Below are positions 1 through 9,030 of a stretch of 64,000 bases of DNA, one piece after another. Both the position numbers and the translations under genes were made by a program. How positions within the stretch are numbered: position 1 is the stretch's first letter; every line of letters starts with the position of its first letter. Source of the DNA: Bacteroidales bacterium (GTDB lineage: Bacteria > Bacteroidota > Bacteroidia > Bacteroidales > JAUNSR01); contig JAVVQG010000003.1 in the NCBI GenBank assembly GCA_036655355.1, positions 43,821 to 107,820 of the forward strand, written 5' to 3'. The notes under the pieces are model-generated. The model made no database searches. It had not been told where the DNA came from and saw nothing but the letters and a program-made list of their open reading frames with translations.

Positions 1-1
1 A

Positions 2-115
2 CTCTCCACCATGCTCCGCTTCGCAACGGAGATCAAAGAGTTGGACATCAACCCGCTCCTCGGGCGAAAAGACTCCGTCATAGCGGTCGACGCGCGCGTA
101 TTGATTGAGAAATAA
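2..115 (+). CDS. 3' end of a CoA-ligase-like gene (ADP-forming acyl/acetyl-CoA synthetase, ATP-grasp type), truncated by the window edge
   Basis: Frame-2 ORF runs off the 5' edge and translates LSTMLRFATEIKELDINPLLGRKDSVIAVDARVLIEK*. The ELDINPL...AVDARV ending resembles C-termini of ATP-grasp CoA-ligase domains. Only 37 aa are visible. Confidence 0.3.
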   Translation, partial: LSTMLRFATEIKELDINPLLGRKDSVIAVDARVLIEK

Positions 116-129
116 GCCTAAAAATAAAG

Positions 130-190
130 AAGCCCCGGACTCCTCCCCGCGACCTTTCGGTCAAGGAGAGAAGCCCGGGGCTTTCTCTTT
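130..190. terminator. GC-rich hairpin between convergent genes (candidate bidirectional intrinsic terminator)
   Basis: agccccgg (131-138) pairs with ccggggct (175-182), with inner ctcc/ggag pairing. It has an A-rich 5' flank and a T-rich 3' flank. Confidence 0.5.
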
Positions 191-226
191 AGTAGACGCC
201 CGTATTCTGGTTAAAAAATAAACGAA

Positions 227-2788
227 TCATTCTAGCCACACTCCATTCAGGTGCAGCTCTGCATCGCCTTTCAATTCCGGTATTCGAATCTCAACGGATT
301 CTATCTCCTCTATATGAAAAGGGATCTCTTCTCCCGCTACAAAATAAGCATCCGTAAAAAGCGGATACGCCCTCGGGATCAATGCCGTACCGGTCTGTCG
401 GAGATCTGAAAAAGGGATCCGGTAAACCCCTTCGCGTACAGCGGGTAACGTGAGCTGCGCCGTATAGGTAAGTCCCAGTTTCGAAACGAAACCAACTTCC
501 AGTTTTTCCGGTGATTCCTGACCGACCGATATCGCAAGAAGACACTTCTTCTTCATTTCGGATGAACCACCGGAGAGAAGTTCCCCAAGGTATTTTCGGA
601 TGTAAAAAGAAGTTTCCTTTCCTTTTGTGACCAACCGGTAACGTTCATAATCTGATTTAAAAGGGGTTCCCACCGTATATTCGCACGTCACCCAGGCCTC
701 CGGATCAATCGCAGCGAGGGTCCGGTCAGAAAAGGCCCCGTCAGAAAATGTACGTTCCGGACGTAACAAAACCATCGGAGTCTCGGCTGCGTAAAGTGCG
801 CTTCGATAGAAAAGAGAGGAATCGAAATCCCAATCCAGCGGCATTCCCTCCTCACCTCCGGGGTAAGTAAAACACTTCCCTCCGGAATAAACGACCAGAC
901 GATACGCCTGCTCAGCACTTCCGGTTCCGGTGGCTAATTTCGCACGATAGGTGTAAGGCTTTTCCTGCTTCATCACCACATACGGATTGTAATCAGACCA
1001 AAAAGAAACCGCATCGGTATAAATCAAGATCGAGTCCACCGGTACATCATACACTACGGTTGCTTCGACAGAGAGTGAATCGCCGGCATTCACTCCCTTT
1101 TGGGGATGGTGGACGAAGTAGCGTTGCCTCCGGGATGATTCCGGTGCGACGAATTCACCAAGTCGAATATTCTGAAAACGAGTCTCCGCCCTCCATCGGT
1201 CCGACACTACACCGGAGCGACTCAAAAGGTATGCGCCGGGAGCAAGCCTCACCTCCCCTTCGGTGGCTTGCCTACGCACGTCATTTCCTTCATTCATTCC
1301 ACGTACATGAAAATCCGCACCCAAATCGGCTAATGAGATCGTTATGGGTTGTTCGGCAAAGGCGATGGTTACTTTCTCTTTTTTAAGAGAGGGTTTACTG
1401 AATGGATCAGCTACCTGCACGGCATCGGGCATCAGTTCCAGACGCCATATCCCCGATTCGAGACGATCCAAGAAATAAGCCCCGGTACCGTTAAAAGATA
1501 CAACCGGGGAATTGCCGCATCCTGCAATTGCCTCCAATTTTTTAGGCGAACGCGGTATTTCGGTTGTTGAATTGCTGTAAAAAAAGGACTTCCCGTCATT
1601 GAAGACACTCATATCCAATAAATAACTCACCCGGAAATCGCCAAAGAGCGTGTCGGCAGGATAAGTCGGAAATTGTTCCAAGCGTTTTACCTTGCGGGCG
1701 ACTTCGGCTGCAATCTTCATACTCAGTGCCTTTTGGGGCGTATAAGCCAAGTTGAGGAAATGAGTCTGATATTCGGTATTGAATGCGGCCATATCAATCG
1801 GATCGTAAGCGAATTGGGTAATCCATTGAAATCCCGCACTACGGAAGGTACGTGCCATTGCCGGATAAATGTGCGCATAGGTGATGTCTGCCGGATCAAA
1901 TTCATAAATCAGTTTCGCTTTCGATTCAAATCCGGGAGTTTCAGAGAACGGAATCGTATAACGATCTATGTAGGGGAGGAAATTTCCTTTCCGAGTATGA
2001 CCTCCGACCAAGCCGATCGGATACCACTGATAGGTACCCCCATCAATCGGAGTATCGAAATAGGCTCCGGTATGTTCCAGGTTATGGCTGACATTATAGA
2101 ACACAGGTTTCTGATTACCAACCGATCCGATAGCGGATAACATGCGGTTTATATACGCTTTTGTTTGTTCGGGAGTTCCGGAATGACAAGGTTCATTATT
2201 GATCTCGAAGCCCACCACACATGGCTCCTCAAAGTAAGCATGCCCGGTGTAGGGATTGATGTGGCGAACCAATTGCGGCAGGTAGTTCTCCTGAGCGGCA
2301 ACGGCATCCGGATCGTTGTGCATGTTGCACTTATCGTAAGCATAGGAGAATCCCCCGGTTTGGATATTCCTTTCCGGATAGCCGTTCCCGAAATTGGTCT
2401 GAGCGGTGAGCAACGTGCTGATACCGCGCTCCTGCAAACGGAAAATGAGGTAATCCAACAGATCGAGGTGCTCATTCGCAATCAGGTTTCCTTTCTCATC
2501 TGTAATCTCCACATCCCAGATATGAATTCGAAAAGCATTGAAACCCAAACGGGCGAGATGATAGACGTCTCTGTCAATGGCGCGCTTGCGGTCTGTTCCC
2601 AAATATCCGACCGCCCTATAGGCATGCGCAAAAGGCAACGTGTAGTTTACCCCATAGAAGGAGACTTCCTTTCGGGTATCCTTTTCACGCATCACCCCTT
2701 TTCTATCCACATAGATCTCTTGAAACACCTTTGCCTGAACTGAATAGCCCAGGCAAAGAGATAATAGTATCGTTAATAATCTGATCAT
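227..2788 (-). CDS. Secreted clan GH-A (beta/alpha)8 glycoside hydrolase, family unassigned (candidate exo-beta-galactosidase of the galactan PUL)
   Basis: Track ORF is 227..2797. Its first codon is TTG, and the ATG at 2788 gives the signal peptide MIRLLTILLSLCLGYSVQA. FEINNEP matches the NEP acid/base signature of clan GH-A. It is the last gene of the PUL operon. Confidence 0.6.
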   Translation of the reverse strand: MIRLLTILLSLCLGYSVQAKVFQEIYVDRKGVMREKDTRKEVSFYGVNYTLPFAHAYRAVGYLGTDRKRAIDRDVYHLARLGFNAFRIHIWDVEITDEKGNLIANEHLDLLDYLIFRLQERGISTLLTAQTNFGNGYPERNIQTGGFSYAYDKCNMHNDPDAVAAQENYLPQLVRHINPYTGHAYFEEPCVVGFEINNEPCHSGTPEQTKAYINRMLSAIGSVGNQKPVFYNVSHNLEHTGAYFDTPIDGGTYQWYPIGLVGGHTRKGNFLPYIDRYTIPFSETPGFESKAKLIYEFDPADITYAHIYPAMARTFRSAGFQWITQFAYDPIDMAAFNTEYQTHFLNLAYTPQKALSMKIAAEVARKVKRLEQFPTYPADTLFGDFRVSYLLDMSVFNDGKSFFYSNSTTEIPRSPKKLEAIAGCGNSPVVSFNGTGAYFLDRLESGIWRLELMPDAVQVADPFSKPSLKKEKVTIAFAEQPITISLADLGADFHVRGMNEGNDVRRQATEGEVRLAPGAYLLSRSGVVSDRWRAETRFQNIRLGEFVAPESSRRQRYFVHHPQKGVNAGDSLSVEATVVYDVPVDSILIYTDAVSFWSDYNPYVVMKQEKPYTYRAKLATGTGSAEQAYRLVVYSGGKCFTYPGGEEGMPLDWDFDSSLFYRSALYAAETPMVLLRPERTFSDGAFSDRTLAAIDPEAWVTCEYTVGTPFKSDYERYRLVTKGKETSFYIRKYLGELLSGGSSEMKKKCLLAISVGQESPEKLEVGFVSKLGLTYTAQLTLPAVREGVYRIPFSDLRQTGTALIPRAYPLFTDAYFVAGEEIPFHIEEIESVEIRIPELKGDAELHLNGVWLE

Positions 2789-2816
2789 TATATACAAATG
2801 AATATTTGAATGAATC

Positions 2817-5273
2817 TTATCTTGAACGAATCGTAAAAGAAGCGCTTTTCACGCCCGGGGCGGAAGCTTCGAACGTTATTTCGCCCTGCTGCCCGTTATT
2901 TTGTACGATTGCCGCCAACTGCCCGTTGAACAAAGGCATGACGGGTTCGTGAAACAGATCCAGACTTGTGGGATCCCCATTGGCGGCCGCGCGGAAATAT
3001 CCCGCTCCTTTCACCCGAAAGGAGACTTTCCGGTGATCCGAGGGACAAATATTTCCTGCTTTGTCAACAACCTGTACGGTAATGTAAGCAAGGTCTTTTC
3101 CGTCTGCACTTATTTCGTCTCGGTCGGAAATCAATTTCAATGCCGCCGGTTTACCGGCCGTGCGAATCCGTTTCTCTTCGCGGGGAACTCCCGCCTCATC
3201 GTAGGCTACCACTTTCACTTCACCCGGTTCGTAACGTGTTTCAGACCACATCAGGCGGTAACGGTGTTGCAACGTTTCATTGCTTTTCTTTCGTATCCCC
3301 TGACTCTTTCCATTGATAAACAACTCGGCAGAGGGATAGGAGGTGTAAACAAAAACCGGAGTCACCTCTCCCTCCCTTCCTTCCCACGTCCAGTGAGGAA
3401 GCACATGCAATGTAGGTGACGCATTGTTCCAGATGCTACGATAGTAGTAAAAACGATCTTTGGGCAACGTTGCCAAGTCGATGATTCCGAAGAGTGAACT
3501 ATGACTCGGCCACGCGTCGGTATCGTAAGGAGAAGGCTCCCCCAGGTAATCGAAACCGGTCCATACGAACTGTCCCATCGTCCATTCATGATCCTCAGCC
3601 AATGCCATATCATCGTCGGGCAGGTTCGACCAATCACAATATTCCACATCGTACGAGGAACTTTGATGATCGGGATACATCCGCCCGGGAGCGATCACCA
3701 CCGGAAATTTATACACTCCGCGCGAACTCACTGTTGAGGAGGTTTCCGAACCGAGAACCACGTTACGGGGTAAGGCATCGTAAGTTTCCTGATAACGATG
3801 CGCCCGGTAATTGAGTCCCGGAACATCGAGCATCGCCGCAAATCCGTTCTCCAATACGCATGAAACCTGGTCCATACCACACGTCACGCTTCGCGTAGGG
3901 TCTTCCCTGTGACAGATATCTTGAAGAAAAGAGGCTACCTTATATCCTTCGGGACTGCATTGCGTAGGCACCTCATTGCCGATGCTCCACATCACGACAC
4001 ACGGATTGTTTCGGAAATGATGAATCATGTTAACCATATCTTTCTCGGCCCATTCTGCAAAGAAACGGTGATAGCCGTTCGCACATTTCGCCTGGTCCCA
4101 TTCGTCGAAAGGCTCGATCATCATCATAAAGCCCATCTCATCACAAAGCTCCACCAACTCCTGAGCCGGCATGTTATGAGCGGTACGGATCGCATCACAC
4201 CCCATATCCTTAAGCAACGTGAGCTGACGTCTCAAGGCAGCCTTGTTTACGGCCGCACCCAGCGCTCCTAAATCGTGATGATTGCATACGCCGCGGAATT
4301 TACGATTCTTCCCATTGAGGTAAAAGCCTTTATCCGGAACCACTTGTACCGTACGTATTCCAAAACGGGTTTCATATCGATCTATACACGTATCATTCTG
4401 CCACAATTCCGTTTCGAGCGTGTAGAGATTGGGCGTTTCGGGCGACCAGCATTGCGGATTGGAAACGATGAAGTTCTGTTCGGAGGAGTTATCCCCTCCG
4501 TTGCGCGCTTTCTCTTGACGTTGCGCCACCACCGAACCGTCGGCAGAATAGATGGTACTTTTCAGAAGAACCGGCATCTCCGTTACGCCTTCAACCCGGG
4601 TGCGAACCCGAACGGAAGCGTACTCCTCCGAAACAAAGGGTGTGGTCACATAGCTTCCCCAGATAGGAATATGCGTCTGATGGGTAACAATCAGCTTCAC
4701 ATTGCGATACAGCCCCGCTCCCGAATACCAACGCGAAGATTGGGGACGGTTTTCGAGACGAACGGCCAAAACGTTATTCCGACCGTCGCGATTCAGCAAT
4801 TTCGTGATGTCGTAATGGAACGCATTGTATCCGTTCGGCCAGAAACATGCTTCCCTGCCGTTCACATAAACCCGAGCCTCGCTCATCGCTCCGTCGAAGA
4901 GTAACGAAACAGATCGTTCTTCGGGATTAAAACCGGCGATGTCGAATGAAGTACGGTACCAGCCGGTACCAACATAGGGTAAGCCGCCGGTACGACCGGT
5001 TTTGACGGATGCTGCCGTCTCAAAGTTCTGTGTCACGGCCACTTGTTGCAAGTCATGTTCACGACTAAAGGGACCATAGATCGCCCAATCGTGAGGTATG
5101 GTAACGGGTTGCCAGGAACTATCGTCGAATAAAGGATCCGCAGCATGCTGCGGATCCCCTTTTACAAAACACCAATCTTTCTCTAAAAACCGCTCTTCGC
5201 GCACCTGCGGAGCACTCACCACAGTAGCTCCCCAGGCGATCAATATCAATAAGGACAGAAATATCTTCTTCAT
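2817..5273 (-). CDS. GH2 family beta-galactosidase
   Basis: 818 aa with a signal peptide. GH2-type motifs are present: NHHDLGALG, MWSIGNE (acid/base region) and FVWTGFDYLGEPSPY. A C-terminal Ig-like region is typical of Bacteroides GH2 enzymes. Confidence 0.85.
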   Translation of the reverse strand: MKKIFLSLLILIAWGATVVSAPQVREERFLEKDWCFVKGDPQHAADPLFDDSSWQPVTIPHDWAIYGPFSREHDLQQVAVTQNFETAASVKTGRTGGLPYVGTGWYRTSFDIAGFNPEERSVSLLFDGAMSEARVYVNGREACFWPNGYNAFHYDITKLLNRDGRNNVLAVRLENRPQSSRWYSGAGLYRNVKLIVTHQTHIPIWGSYVTTPFVSEEYASVRVRTRVEGVTEMPVLLKSTIYSADGSVVAQRQEKARNGGDNSSEQNFIVSNPQCWSPETPNLYTLETELWQNDTCIDRYETRFGIRTVQVVPDKGFYLNGKNRKFRGVCNHHDLGALGAAVNKAALRRQLTLLKDMGCDAIRTAHNMPAQELVELCDEMGFMMMIEPFDEWDQAKCANGYHRFFAEWAEKDMVNMIHHFRNNPCVVMWSIGNEVPTQCSPEGYKVASFLQDICHREDPTRSVTCGMDQVSCVLENGFAAMLDVPGLNYRAHRYQETYDALPRNVVLGSETSSTVSSRGVYKFPVVIAPGRMYPDHQSSSYDVEYCDWSNLPDDDMALAEDHEWTMGQFVWTGFDYLGEPSPYDTDAWPSHSSLFGIIDLATLPKDRFYYYRSIWNNASPTLHVLPHWTWEGREGEVTPVFVYTSYPSAELFINGKSQGIRKKSNETLQHRYRLMWSETRYEPGEVKVVAYDEAGVPREEKRIRTAGKPAALKLISDRDEISADGKDLAYITVQVVDKAGNICPSDHRKVSFRVKGAGYFRAAANGDPTSLDLFHEPVMPLFNGQLAAIVQNNGQQGEITFEASAPGVKSASFTIRSR

Positions 5274-5282
5274 GTGTAATTA

Positions 5283-6299
5283 CTATTTAAACGCATCTAG
5301 GGCAACCGTAGGACGACCCTGATTATCAAATGCACCCAGAGAGTAGCCGTTCCATCCGCCATACGATTGGGGCTCCCAATAGAATACCCCCAAACATTTT
5401 TCATCTGGTATCTGCTGCGCTCCGGCAATCAGCGCCGACAGAAAATCGTATGCCGCTTCGGCCTCATCCCAACTCATTCCCACTTCACAAATCATCACCT
5501 CGCAACCGTATCGATGGATTAGGCTACGGGCATTGCCGAGACATTTTTCAGTTTCGGTCTGCCACGTTTTGGCAGTGGGGTAAAGAGACATTCCGATCAC
5601 ATCCCATTTGCCGCCATTCCTCTTCAGTCCGTCAAAAAGCCATTGAAACAAATCACTGTCTCCTCCGTTCTGAAGGTGTACAATCACTTTGGCATTCGGA
5701 CAAATCCGTTTTACAGCATCGTAACCGGCATTATTCAGCACGGCATACTGATCCATGTGTTCAGAGGCTCTCCCCTCCTCCCAAAGCATTCCGTTACCGG
5801 TTTCATTTCCCACCTGAACCCATTCGGGTTCGATCCCGTTGGCCTTCAATGTGGATAAAACATCCGCGGTATGTGAAGCTACGGCCTCGGTAAGCGCTTT
5901 CATATCGAGCGACTTCCAAGCCGCGGGTTTATTCTGCTGACCCGGATCGGCCCAACTGTCGCTATAATGGAAATCGATCATCAGGCGCATGCCAAGCGCG
6001 TGTGCACGGAAAGCTTTCAGCAGTACGTCTTGCTTGTTGTTCCATCCTTTGACGGGATCTACCCAGACACGAAGCCGAAGAGAGTTCATCCCGAGTGATT
6101 TCATCAGTTTCATACACTCCTTCTCATTACCGGCAGCGTCGTAGAATTTTATTTTTGAAGCTTCCATCTCCGTCACCCAGCTAACGTCCGCACCCTTGGC
6201 AAAACGACTCCGAGCCTCCGGATCGGCTACCCGGTTATCGTCCGAACAAGCGAACAGAAAGAATGCTGCGGAGAGAATCGTTAATAGTTTCTTTCTCAT
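5283..6299 (-). CDS. GH53 arabinogalactan endo-beta-1,4-galactanase (lipoprotein)
   Basis: 338 aa with lipobox LFAC. GADVSW, WVQVGNE (acid/base Glu) and MICEVG (nucleophile Glu) are characteristic of GH53. Confidence 0.85.
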   Translation of the reverse strand: MRKKLLTILSAAFFLFACSDDNRVADPEARSRFAKGADVSWVTEMEASKIKFYDAAGNEKECMKLMKSLGMNSLRLRVWVDPVKGWNNKQDVLLKAFRAHALGMRLMIDFHYSDSWADPGQQNKPAAWKSLDMKALTEAVASHTADVLSTLKANGIEPEWVQVGNETGNGMLWEEGRASEHMDQYAVLNNAGYDAVKRICPNAKVIVHLQNGGDSDLFQWLFDGLKRNGGKWDVIGMSLYPTAKTWQTETEKCLGNARSLIHRYGCEVMICEVGMSWDEAEAAYDFLSALIAGAQQIPDEKCLGVFYWEPQSYGGWNGYSLGAFDNQGRPTVALDAFK

Positions 6300-6330
6300 A
6301 ATATTGATTATTTATAGGAAGGAATGATTT

Positions 6331-7410
6331 TCAATCCTGTTTTTCAAGCTTATAGGTCATGTGTTTGGCATTACGCAGATCCACCGTTATTTTATAGACC
6401 CCTGCACTTTCGGGCATGATGTTTACGTTTGAGTTCTTTGTCAGTTCCCCCTCGCCCGTTTCATCGCTGTAACACCAGTTCCAATCGCCATTCACAATAA
6501 ACTTGATTCCCCAGCCGATCTCCTTGATATTGCACGTTACGCTCCATGTTTTAGAAGCAGCATCATACTGAAGGTTGTCGCTCGATTCACTCCATCCGTT
6601 GAAATCGCCTGTCACACCGATCGAGGTTACCGCCGTTTTCGTCCAAATCAGTTGGTTGAGATCCGCTTGAAGGAAGAAGAATCCCTCTTCATCGAACCAA
6701 ATATCCCATTTATCTCCCGATTTATCAAGCGAATAGAGTGCATCGGGTTTTGAACCGTACACCTCATCGCCGTCGATGGATGTATAAAACCGGAAATTCT
6801 CCCATACGTACGCTTTATAGAAACCTTCGTACACCTCATTTCCCTTAAAGGAATACAACCGATTGGTCAGGTCTTCAAAACCACTATCCTTGGTGGCTAC
6901 GAAGAGGTAATTCGGGTCGCTGTCATCATTCGATTCCTGTGGTTCATACCCTGTTACATTCACCGTCACCACATTGCTTAAGACGGCAGGTTGGTTGGCC
7001 GCAATCGTAGAATACAACCGGAAATAAAGCGGATGCGATTCGGTCTGAGTGAGTGCCATCTTTTTGAGTAGCGCATTGAGTTCTTTTCCGGAATAACTCA
7101 CCGAAGCCCCTTTTTGCGTCGACTGCAAAGGATTCTCGAATCCCGGTTCGGCTGACACCTGAAGGATATTGGTGCGCAAGGAGGAAGAAATCCCAACAGT
7201 AGGGTCATCCAGCGACAATTCACTATCCGCCCAAGCGATGGAAAGGGCAATCTCTTCGGATTTGGACTCCTCCAGAATCACTTCCGGAAGCGTAGCCATA
7301 AGTACTGCCGGTTCAAAACCGGAAAGGTGTATTTTGTCTCCGTCCTTTCCGCATCCGATAAAGGCATACAATGCAGATATGACGGTGAGTAGTTTTATTG
7401 TTGATTTCAT
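6331..7410 (-). CDS. SusE/SusF-like surface glycan-binding lipoprotein
   Basis: 359 aa with lipobox FIGC. It sits immediately downstream of SusD. The C-terminal GDFNGW... beta-sandwich-like segment fits a binding module. No catalytic motifs were seen. Confidence 0.5.
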   Translation of the reverse strand: MKSTIKLLTVISALYAFIGCGKDGDKIHLSGFEPAVLMATLPEVILEESKSEEIALSIAWADSELSLDDPTVGISSSLRTNILQVSAEPGFENPLQSTQKGASVSYSGKELNALLKKMALTQTESHPLYFRLYSTIAANQPAVLSNVVTVNVTGYEPQESNDDSDPNYLFVATKDSGFEDLTNRLYSFKGNEVYEGFYKAYVWENFRFYTSIDGDEVYGSKPDALYSLDKSGDKWDIWFDEEGFFFLQADLNQLIWTKTAVTSIGVTGDFNGWSESSDNLQYDAASKTWSVTCNIKEIGWGIKFIVNGDWNWCYSDETGEGELTKNSNVNIMPESAGVYKITVDLRNAKHMTYKLEKQD

Positions 7411-7419
7411 AACTGTGCA

Positions 7420-9006
7420 TTAATAGAATTCATTTTTCATATTGGGATTCGCGGAAAGTTCAGAAGTTGGAATCGGGTAGATATTGTATTTCGCATCCGT
7501 AGAGATACCCTCCTTCACACCGCCTTTCCAATGCCAGGTGTAACTGTCGCCGGTAAACTTACCGAAACGGATCAGGTCTGTTCGGCGTACGCACTCCCAA
7601 TAGAGTTCGCGGCCGCGCTCATCCAGTAAAAAGTCGAGCGTCAGTTCATTTTCGCCAATTGCTCCGGTTTGATTACCGTAAGCTCGTTCCCGGAGCAGAT
7701 TCACCAGCCGTAACGCTTCGCTTTTCGAACCACCCGCTCCTCCGCGTACCACCGCTTCCGCATACATCAGGTACACATCGCCCAGACGGAAAAGCGGAAA
7801 GTCGGTAGACACACCTTTCGAGGAAGTGGGTGACGCTGCTTCGCCGGCATCGGTAAGGTTGGTCCATTTCTCCACCATATATCCTTGAGATTGATCGTCC
7901 ATCTTGTCCAGCGTAGCGGCTTGACCGTCTGTATAAAACATAAACCTGCCGTCGCCTGTATTTTCATGATCCCCGAATAAAGCCGGTAATTCAGGTCGCA
8001 CACGAAACATGCTCCAGGCTGTTTCACATCCGTAATCGGCAGGTTTCTGGGTGGAATTACCGGAGATAGCCCCACACACAATCAGCGTGGTAGCGCCCCA
8101 CGATACGGTATTGACACCGTCTATGGCCAAAGGAAAGATGATCTCATTGGTTCGTTTGTGGTTATCGGCATTGAATAGACGTGCGTATTGCGGTTCGAGT
8201 GAATAACCCGCTTGGATGATCTTATTGCAATAAGCGATGCATTCGGTATTGAACGGTTTACCGCTGTACACCTCGCCATTGAGATACAAGCGTGCCAAAA
8301 GCGTCCAGGCCGCACCTTTCCCGGCACGAGCGTATTCACAAGTAGCTCGGTCGGAAAGCTGCTCCTCGATATCAGTCAACTCATTGATTACGAAATCGAA
8401 CAGATCGGCCCGTTTATAGCAAGGGGGTATATACGCTCCAACGGGATCATTTTCATCTACGAAAGGCACGTTACCGTAGAAATCGAGCGCATGCGAATAG
8501 GCGAGCGCCCGCAGAAAGCGAGCCTCGGCACGGAATGTCTTCAGTTCATCCTGTTCCTGTGACGGGAAAGAGGCGATCTTCTCATCGGATGCGTTCCGCA
8601 AGAACTCATTGCAAAGGGCAATGGTATAATAGATGCGGTAATACATATCGCTTACCCAGATGTCGTTGGCATCCCATTTCATGTAGGCCATACCCGTCAT
8701 GCTATTCCCTTCCAGCCACGTATAGGCGATCTCTTCGGTGGGCACCTCCTGCAGGTTAAAGAAGATACGCATGTAATCGTGTCCCGAATTACTGGACAGA
8801 TCGGCATTGCCACCTCCCTCTTCCTGGCCCGCTATTACGAATGAGGCGTACAATTTGGCCAAAACGGATTTATAACCCGCCACGGAAGTATACACTTTGG
8901 ACGGAGTGGTTTCGATCACCGGAACCTGATTCAGGTCGTCAAGGCACGATGTCAATGAGCAGGAACCGATCGCTGCTGCAAGAATATATTTATAGAGTGT
9001 TTTCAT
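7420..9006 (-). CDS. SusD/RagB family nutrient-binding outer-membrane lipoprotein
   Basis: 528 aa with lipobox LTSC. It is directly downstream of SusC. The C-terminal YPIPTSELSANPNM...N..Y ending is typical of SusD homologues. Confidence 0.85.
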   Translation of the reverse strand: MKTLYKYILAAAIGSCSLTSCLDDLNQVPVIETTPSKVYTSVAGYKSVLAKLYASFVIAGQEEGGGNADLSSNSGHDYMRIFFNLQEVPTEEIAYTWLEGNSMTGMAYMKWDANDIWVSDMYYRIYYTIALCNEFLRNASDEKIASFPSQEQDELKTFRAEARFLRALAYSHALDFYGNVPFVDENDPVGAYIPPCYKRADLFDFVINELTDIEEQLSDRATCEYARAGKGAAWTLLARLYLNGEVYSGKPFNTECIAYCNKIIQAGYSLEPQYARLFNADNHKRTNEIIFPLAIDGVNTVSWGATTLIVCGAISGNSTQKPADYGCETAWSMFRVRPELPALFGDHENTGDGRFMFYTDGQAATLDKMDDQSQGYMVEKWTNLTDAGEAASPTSSKGVSTDFPLFRLGDVYLMYAEAVVRGGAGGSKSEALRLVNLLRERAYGNQTGAIGENELTLDFLLDERGRELYWECVRRTDLIRFGKFTGDSYTWHWKGGVKEGISTDAKYNIYPIPTSELSANPNMKNEFY

Positions 9007-9030
9007 TTGTATTTTATCTATTTTTCCTAC

